Shown here: in pieces, positions 16,040 through 28,015 of the stretch
Position numbering within the stretch: the first letter of the stretch is position 1
Layout of the letters: every line of letters starts with the position of its first letter
Origin: Octopus vulgaris
Lineage: Eukaryota
Assembly: GCA_951406725.2 (NCBI GenBank)
Contig: OX597828.1
Span: 8,990,001 to 9,054,000 of the forward strand
Length of the DNA: 64,000 nucleotides
Direction of reading: 5' to 3'
Notes under the pieces: model-generated
What the model was told of the DNA's origin: nothing
Seen by the model: only the letters and a program-made list of their open reading frames with translations
Databases searched by the model: none
Position numbers and translations under genes: made by a program

Positions 16040-16689
16040 TCTAAAAAAACAGCCTTCCTTATCGTATCTAGAGTCAATAAAATCTAGAAGGCCTGTTTTA
16101 CACCATCGTCGGAATTAAATCCTTTTCCTTTCAAAAAGTGATACAAATTCTGGAAGAAGTGGTAGCCAGTGGGGTCAGCATCAGGTGAGTATGGCGGATG
16201 ATGAAGAAGTATCAACTCCATCTCCTATAGTTTCGCGAATTTCATTTTTGCATCATTTCGTCTAGTTTCTGCATCATCCGGTCCAGTTGGTTGCAGTATA
16301 TTTCGGCAGGCTTCCAAACGTTACTGTTTCTGATTTTCATTGAGTTCATGTGGAACTCACCTATCTAACTTTTTCACTTTACCGATTTGGGTTAATATTG
16401 TTTGCCTGCTAACACCAAACAACAACGATAACTCACGGGCACTTTGAGATGGATCTGATTCGACGGAGACTCTCAGTTCGTCATTATCCAACTTTGTTTC
16501 TGAGCGACTGCGTTGCTCATTTGTGAGGTCAAAGTTACCACAACGAAATTTTGCAAACCAATTTGATACTGTCAGCTCTGTAATAACATTAGAATGAAAT
16601 ATTGTTAAATTATAATAATAGCGCAAAATGAGCAGGTGTCAAAGTTTACCATATACTTCACTAAAAATTTCATGCTTGACGACCTAATA
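16040..16689 (-). mobile_element. Internally deleted mariner transposon with transposase remnant and one TIR
   Basis: ORF 16357-16626 (WFAKFRCGNFDL..., SARELS, GKVKKLDR), followed by VPHEL and HPPYSPDADPTGYHFF; TA-TTAGGTCGTCAAGCATGAAATT TIR-like end. Confidence 0.85.
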
Positions 16690-16711
16690 TATATGTGGTA
16701 TTGAGCAGATG

Positions 16712-16860
16712 TGCTCAATACCACATATCTGCTTGTCAGTTGTTTGACCTGAACTAGTTGAGCATGTCTGTTCGTGGCTGACGATCACAAGAAGAAGTAG
16801 TCCCTGATCACAAATAGAAGTAGCGGTGGTGGTGGTGGTGGGGGCATCAGAATCATGTGT
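16712..16860 (+). mobile_element. SINE-like 3' fragment with a 5' foldback
   Basis: CTCAATACCACA..TGCTTGTCAGTTGTTTGACCT..AGTTGAGCATGTC resembles a common octopus interspersed repeat (from memory). Confidence 0.5.
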
Positions 16861-17033
16861 ATTTGTATTTTACGCCAGGGTCACTTTGATGGCATGCACT
16901 ATCTCACTCAACAACAGCAACAACAATATTAATGATAATAATACTAATAATGATAATAATAATAAAAATAATAATAATGATAATAATAATAACAATAACA
17001 ACAATAAAAAAACGACAGCAACATAAGCAACAA

Positions 17034-17066
<33 letters not shown>

Positions 17067-17073
17067 CAGCAGC

Positions 17074-17115
<42 letters not shown>

Positions 17116-17283
17116 CAACAGCTGAAGAAAGATGAATGAGCAAAGTCCAAATTGTTTCATGCCCAACGTTTCTTAAAGTAATTTCACTCCTCTTCAATAG
17201 ACGCTTATATATACATATACATATTCACGCTTATATATACATAAGCACGCGTATGTATTCACACGTGCATATGTATATATATA

Positions 17284-17811
17284 TAGAATAACCCTCTTTA
17301 GCCCTTAATTATATGATGTTTATACTTCAACCGTAACGGTTTTTTTAAATATACTGCCCACGCTTCCTGATGGATTCCTTTTCTGTAGAGAAAGGGACTC
17401 CATCCCATATTGCTAGTAGTAAACTCGCTGCTTGCTACGGGAGGACCGGTAACCATTACAATTTGTAGCGGCGAAAGGTCAAGACGTTGTTTCTGAGGCG
17501 GACCAAAGAATTTTTATTTTTAGATATAAATGGTGTACTCAAGTGTAGTTATGTTTTTAGCTTGTGCTTTTTCCATGATCATACGTGAGTATTTTATTTA
17601 TATCCCATCGAAAGCTCTACTGAAGAAAGAATATATATTTTTTATAAGATTAATTCCGAAATTGATTCAATATAGAGATAACGAAATTTAAATTTTCTAA
17701 AGGTTAGTTGCCCGTTTTTCAGTTTCAATTCTCCTGTAGCAAGCGGATTATAAGTGGATAAATCAGTGTATTGGCTTTAGAATAACCCTATTTAGCCCTT
17801 AATTATATGAT
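17284..17811 (+). mobile_element. Retrozyme-like element: 494-bp monomer plus 34-bp terminal redundancy, inserted in (TA)n
   Basis: Direct repeat 17284-17317 = 17778-17811 (1 mismatch); internal hammerhead; long-range stem 17430-17443/17731-17744. Confidence 0.75.
17615..17677 (+). ncRNA. Type I hammerhead ribozyme
   Basis: Stem I CTCTA/TAGAG; core CTGAAGA (17620-17626); weakened stem II ..GAAT/ATTCC; GAAA (17658-17661); stem III ATTG/CAAT; ATA cleavage triplet ending at 17672. Confidence 0.75.
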
Positions 17812-18119
17812 ATATATATATATATATACATATATGTATACATACACGCACACACACACACAAATATATCTATACATATACGTATAGAGGCGCACGCACA
17901 TTTATACATAAACGTTCACACACAGTTAAATGCATATAGAAATATGTATTTTTTTATTTATAAGCCAATGTACGTAGGCTTATATGCATACATGTGTGCA
18001 TGCATGTTTAAACCTCTCGGTAATTTAAACCGATCTTTCGAACCATGTGCCATAAATATGCACACTGATGTCGGAGAATTATATATCGATGAGGACGTGG
18101 ACGTTAATGTTGATAGGAA

Positions 18120-18318
18120 TTTTGGTGATAATGGTGGTTGTGGTGATGATGAAGATGATGATGAGGAGGAGGAGGAAGAGGTGGTGGAGGAGGAGGTGGT
18201 GGTGGAGGAGGAGGTGGTGGTGGAGGAGGAGGTGGTAGTGGAGGAGGATGTGGTGGTGGAGGAGGAGGAGGAGGATGGTGATGATAATGATGATGACGAT
18301 GATGACGACGACGACGAC

Positions 18319-18349
<31 letters not shown>

Positions 18350-18355
18350 TTGATA
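18120..18355. repeat. Compound GAT/GAG/GTG/GAC trinucleotide low-complexity tract
   Basis: Direct reading; produces the spurious acidic ORF 17944-18405. Confidence 0.9.
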
Positions 18356-18568
18356 CCGAAAATACCGAAATTGTACAGAAGAAAAAAGAATGTTTGCTTC
18401 TCTAAAACATCATTTAAATATTTGTATTTGCTTTTAATCGAACAGAGAAATGTTTTATTTCATTTTGTTGGCAAAACTGCGTCGATAGCACTTTAATTTA
18501 TAAGTATGTTTTGTTAAAGTAACGGTTATAAATTATTAAACATCCTCTTCACATGTTTACACAATATT

Positions 18569-18619
<51 letters not shown>

Positions 18620-19241
18620 TAAATACATATATGTTTATGTACATACATATATTGATCTACCTATTCATCTATCTCTCTCTCCATATATATAAATCATATA
18701 TATATGTGTTTGCGTGTGTGTATATATGTATATACAAATATACATATATGATAATAATAATAATAATAAGTGACAACAAAAGAATAAACCTTGATATTAC
18801 GTAAATAGAGGATATTTATATATATATATATACATATATATAGTTTAGAACGATCAGGAAATTGTCATAAGAGTACTCAGATTTTCAAATGCCGGAGCTA
18901 AGAGCTACGATGCATTCTCATCGCCTATTATGGCGACAGTCGCTATAAATAACCGTTGAATAAAAGGTAAGTTACTCTAATTGGCAGAAAAATATATTAA
19001 AGATAAACTGATTCACGCAACAATCTTTGCGTTCAAAACGTTTACATACGCACACCCTCACACAAAAATGTATATGTACATGACCGTACACACAAACATA
19101 TATGTGTACTCGTACACATATCCAGACTCACACACACGCACACACGCATATATACGCACACATACACACACACATATATTTATATTAATATGTATATATA
19201 TCATAGCTGTATGCTTGCATTTCATATATATTTAAACATTT

Positions 19242-19272
<31 letters not shown>

Positions 19273-19649
19273 GATATATATAGACACTCTTCTATCGCAC
19301 TCCTACAACCGCAGATGTTTAAACATATGCATATTCATATAAAAGAAACGTGCGTGTGCATGAAATTCGCACTTATACACCGGACACATTCCTACGCTCA
19401 TATACATACATATGCATATACTCACACTCGTACATAATCACACAGTTAAAAGGGCAAAAATCAAAGAACTATAGAAAACAAAAAACGTGAAAACATAAGG
19501 AAAGTTTGTGCAGGAACAGTAATAATGCAACTTCTATTCATTTGAAAGTCTGAGTGTTAATATGACAACTTACTGATTGCCCTTAACTATACATACATAC
19601 ATACATACATACATACATACATACAATACACACACACACACACACACGC

Positions 19650-19685
<36 letters not shown>

Positions 19686-19735
19686 GTATATATATATCCA
19701 TACATATATATATACATATATATATATATACATAC

Positions 19736-19810
<75 letters not shown>

Positions 19811-21053
19811 CAAAGTCAGAAATTTAGTGGCGCCATACGCAGATACACATATATTTATGCATGCATTTTCATATGAATGCAATACACAAGCATACGGTAA
19901 ACTATATGCATACAGTAAATATACACACAGTAAATATACGCACAAAGAATATTCTCTCACACCCATAGATTGAAGTCATTAATGCATTTAATTATTCCAT
20001 ACACACATGATTCGCACAGAATATACTTCTAATTCTGTAGATATTGCATTCTTAGAAGAAATCTTATGCTGGTATTTATGTGTGAGTAAAAGGTACTTTT
20101 TCTTAGAATCAAAATATATTTTACTGATAAATTAAATCAGAATTTCCCTTCGAGGTAGATGAAAACACTATATGAAAGTATTGAAATATATTACATGTAT
20201 AGTAGTGTATTCAGTTATATCAAGTATTATTGTCGAAACAATTAAGCTATGTTATCTGGTAAATATATGCACTGTTCCAAGAATACCAACTTTGTGAATG
20301 TTTCTTGTTCTTTTTTCTCTTTGATCAGTAATTTATATCAGGTTTACAATGCTTATAATGAACGGCATTTAGCACTCACCAATCCTGCCTTACATAAAAT
20401 TAAATTAATTGTATATGTAAATACAATGTCTGTTCTGTTCTTCAATCGCTAAACAGTATGAATTGATTAAAACTAATTTTGGCTGTTGTTCTCCTAGAGA
20501 GAAAGTTAACGCAAAATATTTGATGTGTGACTCACTGCAACTTGCTTTGCCTGAAGAGATGGCTGCTTCTTACAGTGCGGTTTACGCTAGTTTCTTACAT
20601 ATTATGTAAAATTTTAAATCATTTATTTCGTGTTATATATGCTCCAGCTAGGCAAATCGTTAATTTTATTTCATGATACATAACGTAATATCAAAATAAG
20701 TGAACCAGTCTTATGAAACACATACCTATCCCACCCAAAAAAGAATTCAAAAATTAAACTGATTAATAATATAAAGAATTTCATACATAGACTTAAATGG
20801 AAAGCACACTACTATAATAATGAAAATTAGAGGCCTAATGATTGGGGTTACCTTTTCAGAAAGGTCCCTGCAAAACACGGCGTGGTTAAGGAACCGGAAA
20901 ATGAACCTCAAGAAACACGTGTAGCCGAGATATGAGCAGTAAGTATTAAATTAAATTAAACTTTTTTACATGGTGGGATGAAGGGGACTACTATCTCTAA
21001 AGAACTATATACATATACGTATATATATAAATACATGCATATTATTTATAAGT

Positions 21054-21124
<71 letters not shown>

Positions 21125-21125
<1 letters not shown>

Positions 21126-21467
21126 CCTTTAGTCGTTTCAATTATGAGACTGCGACCCTGCGAATGCACTGCTTTGAAGATGGTACAACAAAGAATCTCA
21201 GTGACGTATCCAGTACGGAAGGCACTAAATATATTCTTCGACGTGCAAACTTACATGAATTCATTATTCCCCCAAAATGGTATCAAATTTCGGAAGAAAG
21301 CCAGTAGGATGAGAGGCGGGGGCTGTTCAACAGATACTTAACTTAACGACCCCGAAAGGATGAAAGCCAAAATCGATTCCGACGAAATTTGAACTCAGAA
21401 CGTAAACACGGACAAACTGCCGCTAAGCATCTAGCCCAGCGTGCTAACTAGACTGCCAGTTCTCCGC
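21125..21467 (-). mobile_element. tRNA-derived SINE (Meta/MESC-core type)
   Basis: Reverse complement reads CTGGCAG..GTTAGCACGCTGGGC..ATGCTTAGCGG..GTTCTGAGTTCAAAT..GCTTTCATCCTTTCGGGGTCG. Confidence 0.8.
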
Positions 21468-22761
21468 TATAAATCTCTATCTTATTACAGCAATTAAAAT
21501 TCGTCGCATACATCTACTCTCAACCCCAGTCGTTAAATATTTACTGAAAGAATTTAGAAATTACCATAGAACATGGGAATTTACTTCAATAAGATTCAAT
21601 CATACCTTCCTGAAGTGAATATATGTTCGTCACAAATTGCAGTTGCATCAGATAACAACTTTGGAAAATTATAACACCCAAAATATGTGTAATCTGCACG
21701 GAAGCATATGCTAAATCTTACTGTAAATTTGAGTGTATTTGACTTTGATATACTTTAAATATCTAATAAAATATTTTGTCTTCACATTTATAGGATTCCT
21801 TAATTTCGTCAAATCTCAAATGAGAGCAAAAAAAAAATGATAATAATAATAATTATGAGTATTTTCGCATAGATATCGATAGAAAATTCTTGAACCGATT
21901 CTATTTCAAATACAAAATGTACAAATAAAAGTTCATTCCCTCAATATTTCACTTTAAAAAAAAAGTTGAATTATATATTGCTAATCTGAATTCTACAACT
22001 GGTATGATTTATTCAAAGAAATACATATCATCGGTGTTAATTTAGCAAAGGTAAACACAAAAAATCTAATTAGTTTCAAAAAAGTTTGTTGTCAGAATCG
22101 ACCAAATCAACTTTTGATAACCAAATACACATTCTAATTAAGTTTCTTTCTTTTTTTTTTTCCTACTTTCCTTGAGTAGAAACGTAAAAAAATAAAACTT
22201 AACTTTAATGATCAATACTAAGTTGTCAACCTATATATCTCGTTTCAGAAATTCAAGAGAAATGTTTAAACATGCTCTGAAAAAATAAAAATTTGTACTA
22301 TTTTTTCTCCTTAATAAATTGTATTGATCAGCAAATGAAATTTGATAGCACAAAGCTTTTTTTAACTTAATTTCTTCTAAGTTTTATAATATTGATACTT
22401 GCTTGTTCCATATGAAGTGAAATTAAAATTCTACGCAGAAAATGTTAAGGAAATCATTGAAACTGATATAGGAGATACAGTAAGGAACATTCTAACATTG
22501 ATTTCTCAATGTGCAATATATGCTCACGATTTTAACGTAATACACAAAGAAAAAGAAACCAGTGTGCCTACATTCACACAGACATTCCCCTACAATCACA
22601 CACTCACATACTCAGACACATACTCACAAACACAGAGACACACTTAAACACACACTGAATGCTGTCGATCGCTTTCCATAAAGATTATTTTTTTACCTTT
22701 CTTTAAAAGAAATCCTACAGATGTTTCTGTGAAAGTGTGAAGGTCCTTAGTAAATGTTTAA

Positions 22762-22820
<59 letters not shown>

Positions 22821-22825
<5 letters not shown>

Positions 22826-23609
22826 GAAATATTAAAATTACTAAGTCTCTCTAAAAGAGATTACGGCAGCGTTACTGGAAATTAATTGTTATCGCCATAT
22901 TAATATGGCAGTCTTATAGATATAAGACTAAAAGCTGTCGCTGATCAGCCCCATGAGGCCATCGCCTTAAGATAGCTATTTGACACACAAACTGTGTCCA
23001 TTATAACCTTCTGTAGGATTTCTTTTAAAGAAAGGTAAAAAAATAATCTTTATGGAAAGCGATCGACAGCATTCAGTGTGTGTTTAGGTGTGTCTCTGTG
23101 TTTGTGAGTATGTGTCTGAGTAGGTTATAATGGACACAGTTTGTGTGTCAAATAGCTATCTTAAGGCGATGGCCTCATGGAGCTAATCAGCGACAGCTTT
23201 TAGTCTTATATCTATAAGACTGCCATATCAATATGGCGATAACAATTAATTTCCAGTAACGCTGCCGCAATCTCTTTTAGAGAGACTTAGTAATTTTAAT
23301 ATTTCTATTATTGAAAACAAGTGTATGTATTCCACCGAAACTAGGTAAATAAAACCGTCGAACAGAGACGATCAGTGGCGAAACCTGCTGGGTCGACTAC
23401 GCTACATTGACAAAGGGCAAATACCCTGAAACGCGTCTGTAGCTGTCTGACTGGCAGTGTGAAGTGGCTGACCTCCCTTGTTCGAAGGTTATAATGGACA
23501 CAGTTTGTGTGTCAAATAGCTATCTTAAGGAGATGGCCTCATGGAGCTAATCAGCGACAGCTTTTAGTCTTATATCTATAAGATTGCCATATTAATATGG
23601 CGATAACAA

Positions 23610-23613
<4 letters not shown>
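22821..23613 (+). mobile_element. Retrozyme/Penelope-pLTR-like insertion: inverted arm, captured flank, 364-bp monomer and partial repeat, within (TA)n
   Basis: 22821-23009 is the inverse of 23122-23310; 23486-23613 repeats 23122 onward; 23010-23121 is the reverse complement of host 22610-22721. Confidence 0.85.
23401..23443 (+). ncRNA. Minimal type I hammerhead with mutated core (probably inactive)
   Basis: GCTACA-TTGACAA(for CTGACGA)-AGGG caaata CCCT-GAAA-CGCGTC|TGTAGC; perfect stems I and II; palindromic ACGCGT stem III. Confidence 0.75.
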
Positions 23614-23648
<35 letters not shown>

Positions 23649-24012
23649 TTCTTCTTAGATTTATTCAACAGTCCCAAACATTAAGATTTAGGAGCGTCAC
23701 ATTCTAGAAAAATCAGACAAGGGCAAGTGAAGTTTACTTTCAGCTGCTTGACCGAAATATACGCATGTCAACAAATATATTTCTAATATTATAAAAAAAA
23801 AACTATCCTTCTCATAGAGTTGCGGATGACGTATTCGGAATTTGTAAACAACAACACACACAAATGAAGGAAGAGATGAGTCCCATAATAATTTATAGAC
23901 CAATGATAGCCTCCATTCACAAATATTTTGTTTGATACGAAATTTAACTCTTCAGCTTCAGAAGTAATTTCCATGTGTGACAGTATAGGATCGTTTTAAA
24001 AGTCACTGGAGA

Positions 24013-24041
<29 letters not shown>

Positions 24042-24043
<2 letters not shown>

Positions 24044-24432
24044 TACTATTCGCTATAGGGACTGCTAAGCACTATAAGCTGTAGTGGAGAACAGTTCACA
24101 CGTGTGCTGAGGCTGACCAAGGGATTTTATATTTAGATATATCTGGGGTACTTATATGTACTAATGATTTTTGCTTCGGCTTTTTTCTATGGGTGCTTGC
24201 AAGTATTTCATTTATGTCTTTTCATATTTTCTACTGGAGAGGAAAAACATCTATTATGAGATTAATTCCGAAATTGATTCAATATAGAAATAACGAACTT
24301 TAAAAAAAAATTCTTCTGGCCAGCTTTCCTCGATTTCGACTCTACGTGTTTTCTGTAGCGAGTAAATAATATGTGGAAATTGAGGATTTAATAGTCTGTT
24401 ATCAGCATATTGGCATAGAAATAATTTTCTTT
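24042..24432 (+). mobile_element. Diverged partial copy of the 17.3-kb retrozyme family
   Basis: Collinear similarity (CTGAGGC.GACCAA, TTTAGATATA, AGATTAATTCCGAAATTGATTCAATATAGA.ATAACGAA, CTGTAGC.AG); begins in (TA)n. Confidence 0.72.
24228..24290 (+). ncRNA. Type I hammerhead ribozyme with one core substitution
   Basis: Stem I TTTCTA/TAGAAA; CTGGAGA; stem II GGAA/TTCC; GAAA; ATTG/CAAT; ATA| at 24284. Confidence 0.7.
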
Positions 24433-24519
24433 ACATATATATCTGTGTGTATGTTTTTGTGTATATAAATAAAATGAGACAACAAAGCGGAGGCAGTGTG
24501 AAATGTCTAGGACATTTTA

Positions 24520-25260
24520 TAAAAAATCAGTGTTACAACTGTGTCAGGGAGTTGTCATGGCGATACCTTCCCAGAGGCCTACGCAAATTTGCAGAAAGTG
24601 CATGGAGACGAGTACACAAGCCTCACACAAGTGTACGAGTGGTTCAGACGTTTCCAAGATAGATGTAAAGATGTCGATATTAAGGAAAGTTCTGGAGGAC
24701 CCGCAACCAGTAGAACTGAGAAAAACTTCGCTTATGTGCGTACAGGTATGAGGGGAAATCGTCAATTCACAATGCGTGAGTTATCGGAGGATGAGAAGAA
24801 TAGTTGCGATTCAGCTCAGTCCATTATCACTGAAGATTTGGGTATGAGACGCGTGTTTGCCAAGTTTGAGCCAAGACTGCTTCCAGCAGACTAATATTAC
24901 ACTTGGGTTTCATTTGCACAAGATCTCCTCGATTGTGTCGAGAAAGATGAAAATCTTGTTGAAAACTTTGCGTAGGCCTCTGAGCAGTGATCGCCAAGCT
25001 TTAGTCGAACTTTGATGCAGATTCTCTGCTCACATTTCTCTCTCATATGATGATCACACGCTACACACCTTTCTTCCAAGCATTGCTATGTACACACCTT
25101 TCTTACAAGCATTGCTATGCACAACGGTAGTGAGGCAGAGCCATGAAGCTTAGTGCGCATGCACAACAGAGTTCAAAGTCAATCTGTGCCAAGCAGCTTT
25201 ACTTTGCGTGTTTAGCTTCGTTACTATAGCAACAGTCCTGATATTTATTAATGAGACTAC
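24520..25260 (+). mobile_element. Mariner-derived non-autonomous element (transposase HTH remnant plus long right TIR)
   Basis: ORF 24541-24894 EAYANLQKVHGD..TQVYEWFRRF..SGGPATSRT..IITEDLGMRRVFAKFEPRLL; same family as 34478-35213. Confidence 0.82.
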
Positions 25261-25279
25261 ATATATATGACTCATCAGT

Positions 25280-25990
25280 AAAGAGGAGTGTGTATCTGTG
25301 TGTAAGTGTATGTGCGTATATCAGTGTGTGTTTTTCTGGTCAGAGTGTTATGTGTATGTGTGTAAGTGTGTATGCGTGCATATGTGTGTTGTATTTGTCA
25401 GGGCGCTGTGTGTGTCCGTGTGTATGCATTTATATGAATGTGTTACGTCAGTTCGGGTGGTTTGCGTATGTGCGTGTGTATCTGTGTATGTTGCGTTTGT
25501 TAGGGTGGTGTGTGCGTGTGCACGTGAGTATGCGTGTGTGTGTGTTGCGTTCGTTAGGATGGTGTGTAAGTGGGTGCGTGGGTATGCGTGTGTATTTTTT
25601 GTATTTATTGTGTGCATATAGCTTGTGTATGCGTGTGTGTAACATTTGTCAGAGCTGTTTGTTTGTATATGTGTGTGCGTGTATATGTGTGTGTGCGTGT
25701 GTATGCGTGTGTGTTTGTTGTGTTTCTCAGGGTGGTTTGTGCGCGGAAACACTTGTATGTGTGTGTGTTTTCTGGAAAATGGGGACATAGTGTTTGTATG
25801 CTTGTGTCTGTGCATGGATTGTATTGTATTTGTGTGTATCTTCGTATGTATATGTGTCTGTGTGTGCATGTATGGATGTGCGTATATATATATATGCGTG
25901 TGTATATATATATGTGTGTGTATATATATGCATGTATATATACGTGTGTATTTGTATGTGTGTGTCGCTGTGTCTTTGCTGTGGATGTGT
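25280..25990. repeat. Degenerate (TG)-rich low-complexity tract
   Basis: Direct reading; loosely repeated GTTCGTTAGGGTGGTGTG-like islands. Confidence 0.85.
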
Positions 25991-26009
25991 TTCTCTGAGA
26001 GATAGGTAT

Positions 26010-26190
26010 ATTGTGTTTTATGTTCTCATCGTGGGCCTTGTCTCAGTTGTGGGATGTTACTGTATATAATGATGTAAGCTTCTGTATTTCTTAGGGTGTA
26101 TGTTGAGAGATATGGAAGACTATTTAGCATGCCTTAAGTGTGTTTTGGTTTCCGTAAATCTTATATGTTGATTACCCCGTTCTAATCCAT
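26010..26190 (-). pseudogene. Possible highly decayed Penelope-like RT remnant
   Basis: Minus strand gives MLNSLP and SL/YSNIP, reminiscent of the PLE DV.SLYTNIP motif; frameshifted. Confidence 0.3.
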
Positions 26191-26900
26191 TATCAGTCTT
26201 TTGTCCAGGGCTTCCACCTTTGAGACAATTGTACAAAACTACTGAACCATAACAAAACAGCTCACTAAACAAGCCTTTCTTGGCCCCCTGAACATCTATT
26301 AGAACAATCGTGATCTACCTTTTCATTATATGACTGCCATCAACCACCCTCACTGTTTTAGAGAGAAATCAATTCTAAGCTTTTTCTCAAAAGCAGAACC
26401 ATCTTTTGATCACGGGACTACCATCAACCAAGCACATTGTCTTTAAAAAAGAAGGCAATATTGAGACACAATCTATGTATAAAATAGTGGTAATTCTTAA
26501 ATTTCATCAAGATGCGAGACCCTACTATACAATCTGATCCGAATATTATTTATTAATGGTCTGTTATTTCTCTACACAACTCTTTCTCAATTTAAGATGG
26601 TGCAAACAATTATGGTTTCTGACCACAGTAAGACTAAATCTTTAGTACCCATTGACTGACAAGCTAGACACGATATTTATGTAAACTAATTTTTAACACT
26701 ACGGAGGATACACAAAGTCTCACACTTTACTTTTCAAAATCATTCTAAATAAGTGAAACCGGTTAAGTTAATAAATATTTTTAAAAATCTCCTGCATTTT
26801 CAGATTCTTTTCCTTGTACACACACACACACACAAACATATATATATATGTATAGGTATATATATATAAATATGTATATATGTATGTATATGTATATATG

Positions 26901-26956
<56 letters not shown>

Positions 26957-27812
26957 GAGAGAGAGAGAGAAGCAGAGAGAGAGATACAACTTCAGTGTCT
27001 TCTTCAAACGATGTCACATACACTATCAATAGTAAATTATGACATCGGTTTAATGCGCCGAAATTCTACTGTTTCGACTACCCAGGTATAAGGAAGCTAT
27101 GCAATATATTAGTTCCATTCAGTGTAACAAGTCTGCTAACTTTTGCAAACACTGGCATATACTCTGACATGTAAATATATACTTATATGTGTATATAGAA
27201 ACATAGATTTCCTTTCCGAGAATCTGTGTTTCGTCAGCGTGACCGCATTGAGCTTAACTAATATACCGATATATACATATATATATAACCTGAGGTATAT
27301 ATTTTTTACATATTTTATAATGCATGGAATACCTACGTCTCCCTTATCAAATCTGTTACATTTTTTAACTCTAGCTTGTCATTTTATAGTGTAGAATCTC
27401 AAAGATAAACGTTGTTTTTTTTTTCTCTAGGAGTGAACATAAATATTTTGGAATCCAACCATCCATATTTTTTCATGTTTATTGCAATCAGAATGAGCAT
27501 ATACAACAGAAAGGTTTATAAAAATCTATGCGTACTTTACACATAAAAGTATCGAACACTCTGTATATATGAGTCAGATACCTTCCAGAAATTACAACAA
27601 AACAATAATATAACTAATTGAGAGTAGAGAACAATTTGATAGACTCAACCTCACGTGGTTGCGTCTCAGCGAGTTTGCAGTCCGATGACTAAAGCAAGAA
27701 ATTAAATATGTAGAAGTTTACTAAGTCCAACAACCAGTTATCAAATTGCCCGTAGTGCAAAGTTTTAAATACAGACATAGATATTTATTTGAATGTATAA
27801 TCTACGTATTAC

Positions 27813-27890
<78 letters not shown>

Positions 27891-27910
27891 CACTCTCTCT
27901 CTCTCTTTCT
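27813..27910. repeat. (TTTC)n/(TC)n microsatellite
   Basis: Direct reading. Confidence 0.95.
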
Positions 27911-27974
27911 TTCCGTATCACTTTTTTCAAATACATGATAGATCGCTAGCCACTACGCATTCTTTATTTTCTCT

Positions 27975-28015
27975 CCTTTTTGTGGAAGAGCGTAGGCTCG
28001 AAATGTTAAAGACTT
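27975..28015 (+). ncRNA. Degenerate minimal hammerhead remnant within an interspersed repeat
   Basis: ..GAA-GAGC gtag GCTC-GAAA-TGTTA-AAGA; the CTGANGA box is destroyed. Confidence 0.35.

Noticed and set aside
17944-18405. 153-aa acidic D/E/V-rich ORF
   Set aside because: Compound trinucleotide repeat; no domain or splice context
20551-20580. CTGAAGA box
   Set aside because: No stem II or GAAA downstream
27205-27240. Minus-strand CTGACGA...GAAA
   Set aside because: The intervening sequence cannot form stem II and there is no NUH stem III
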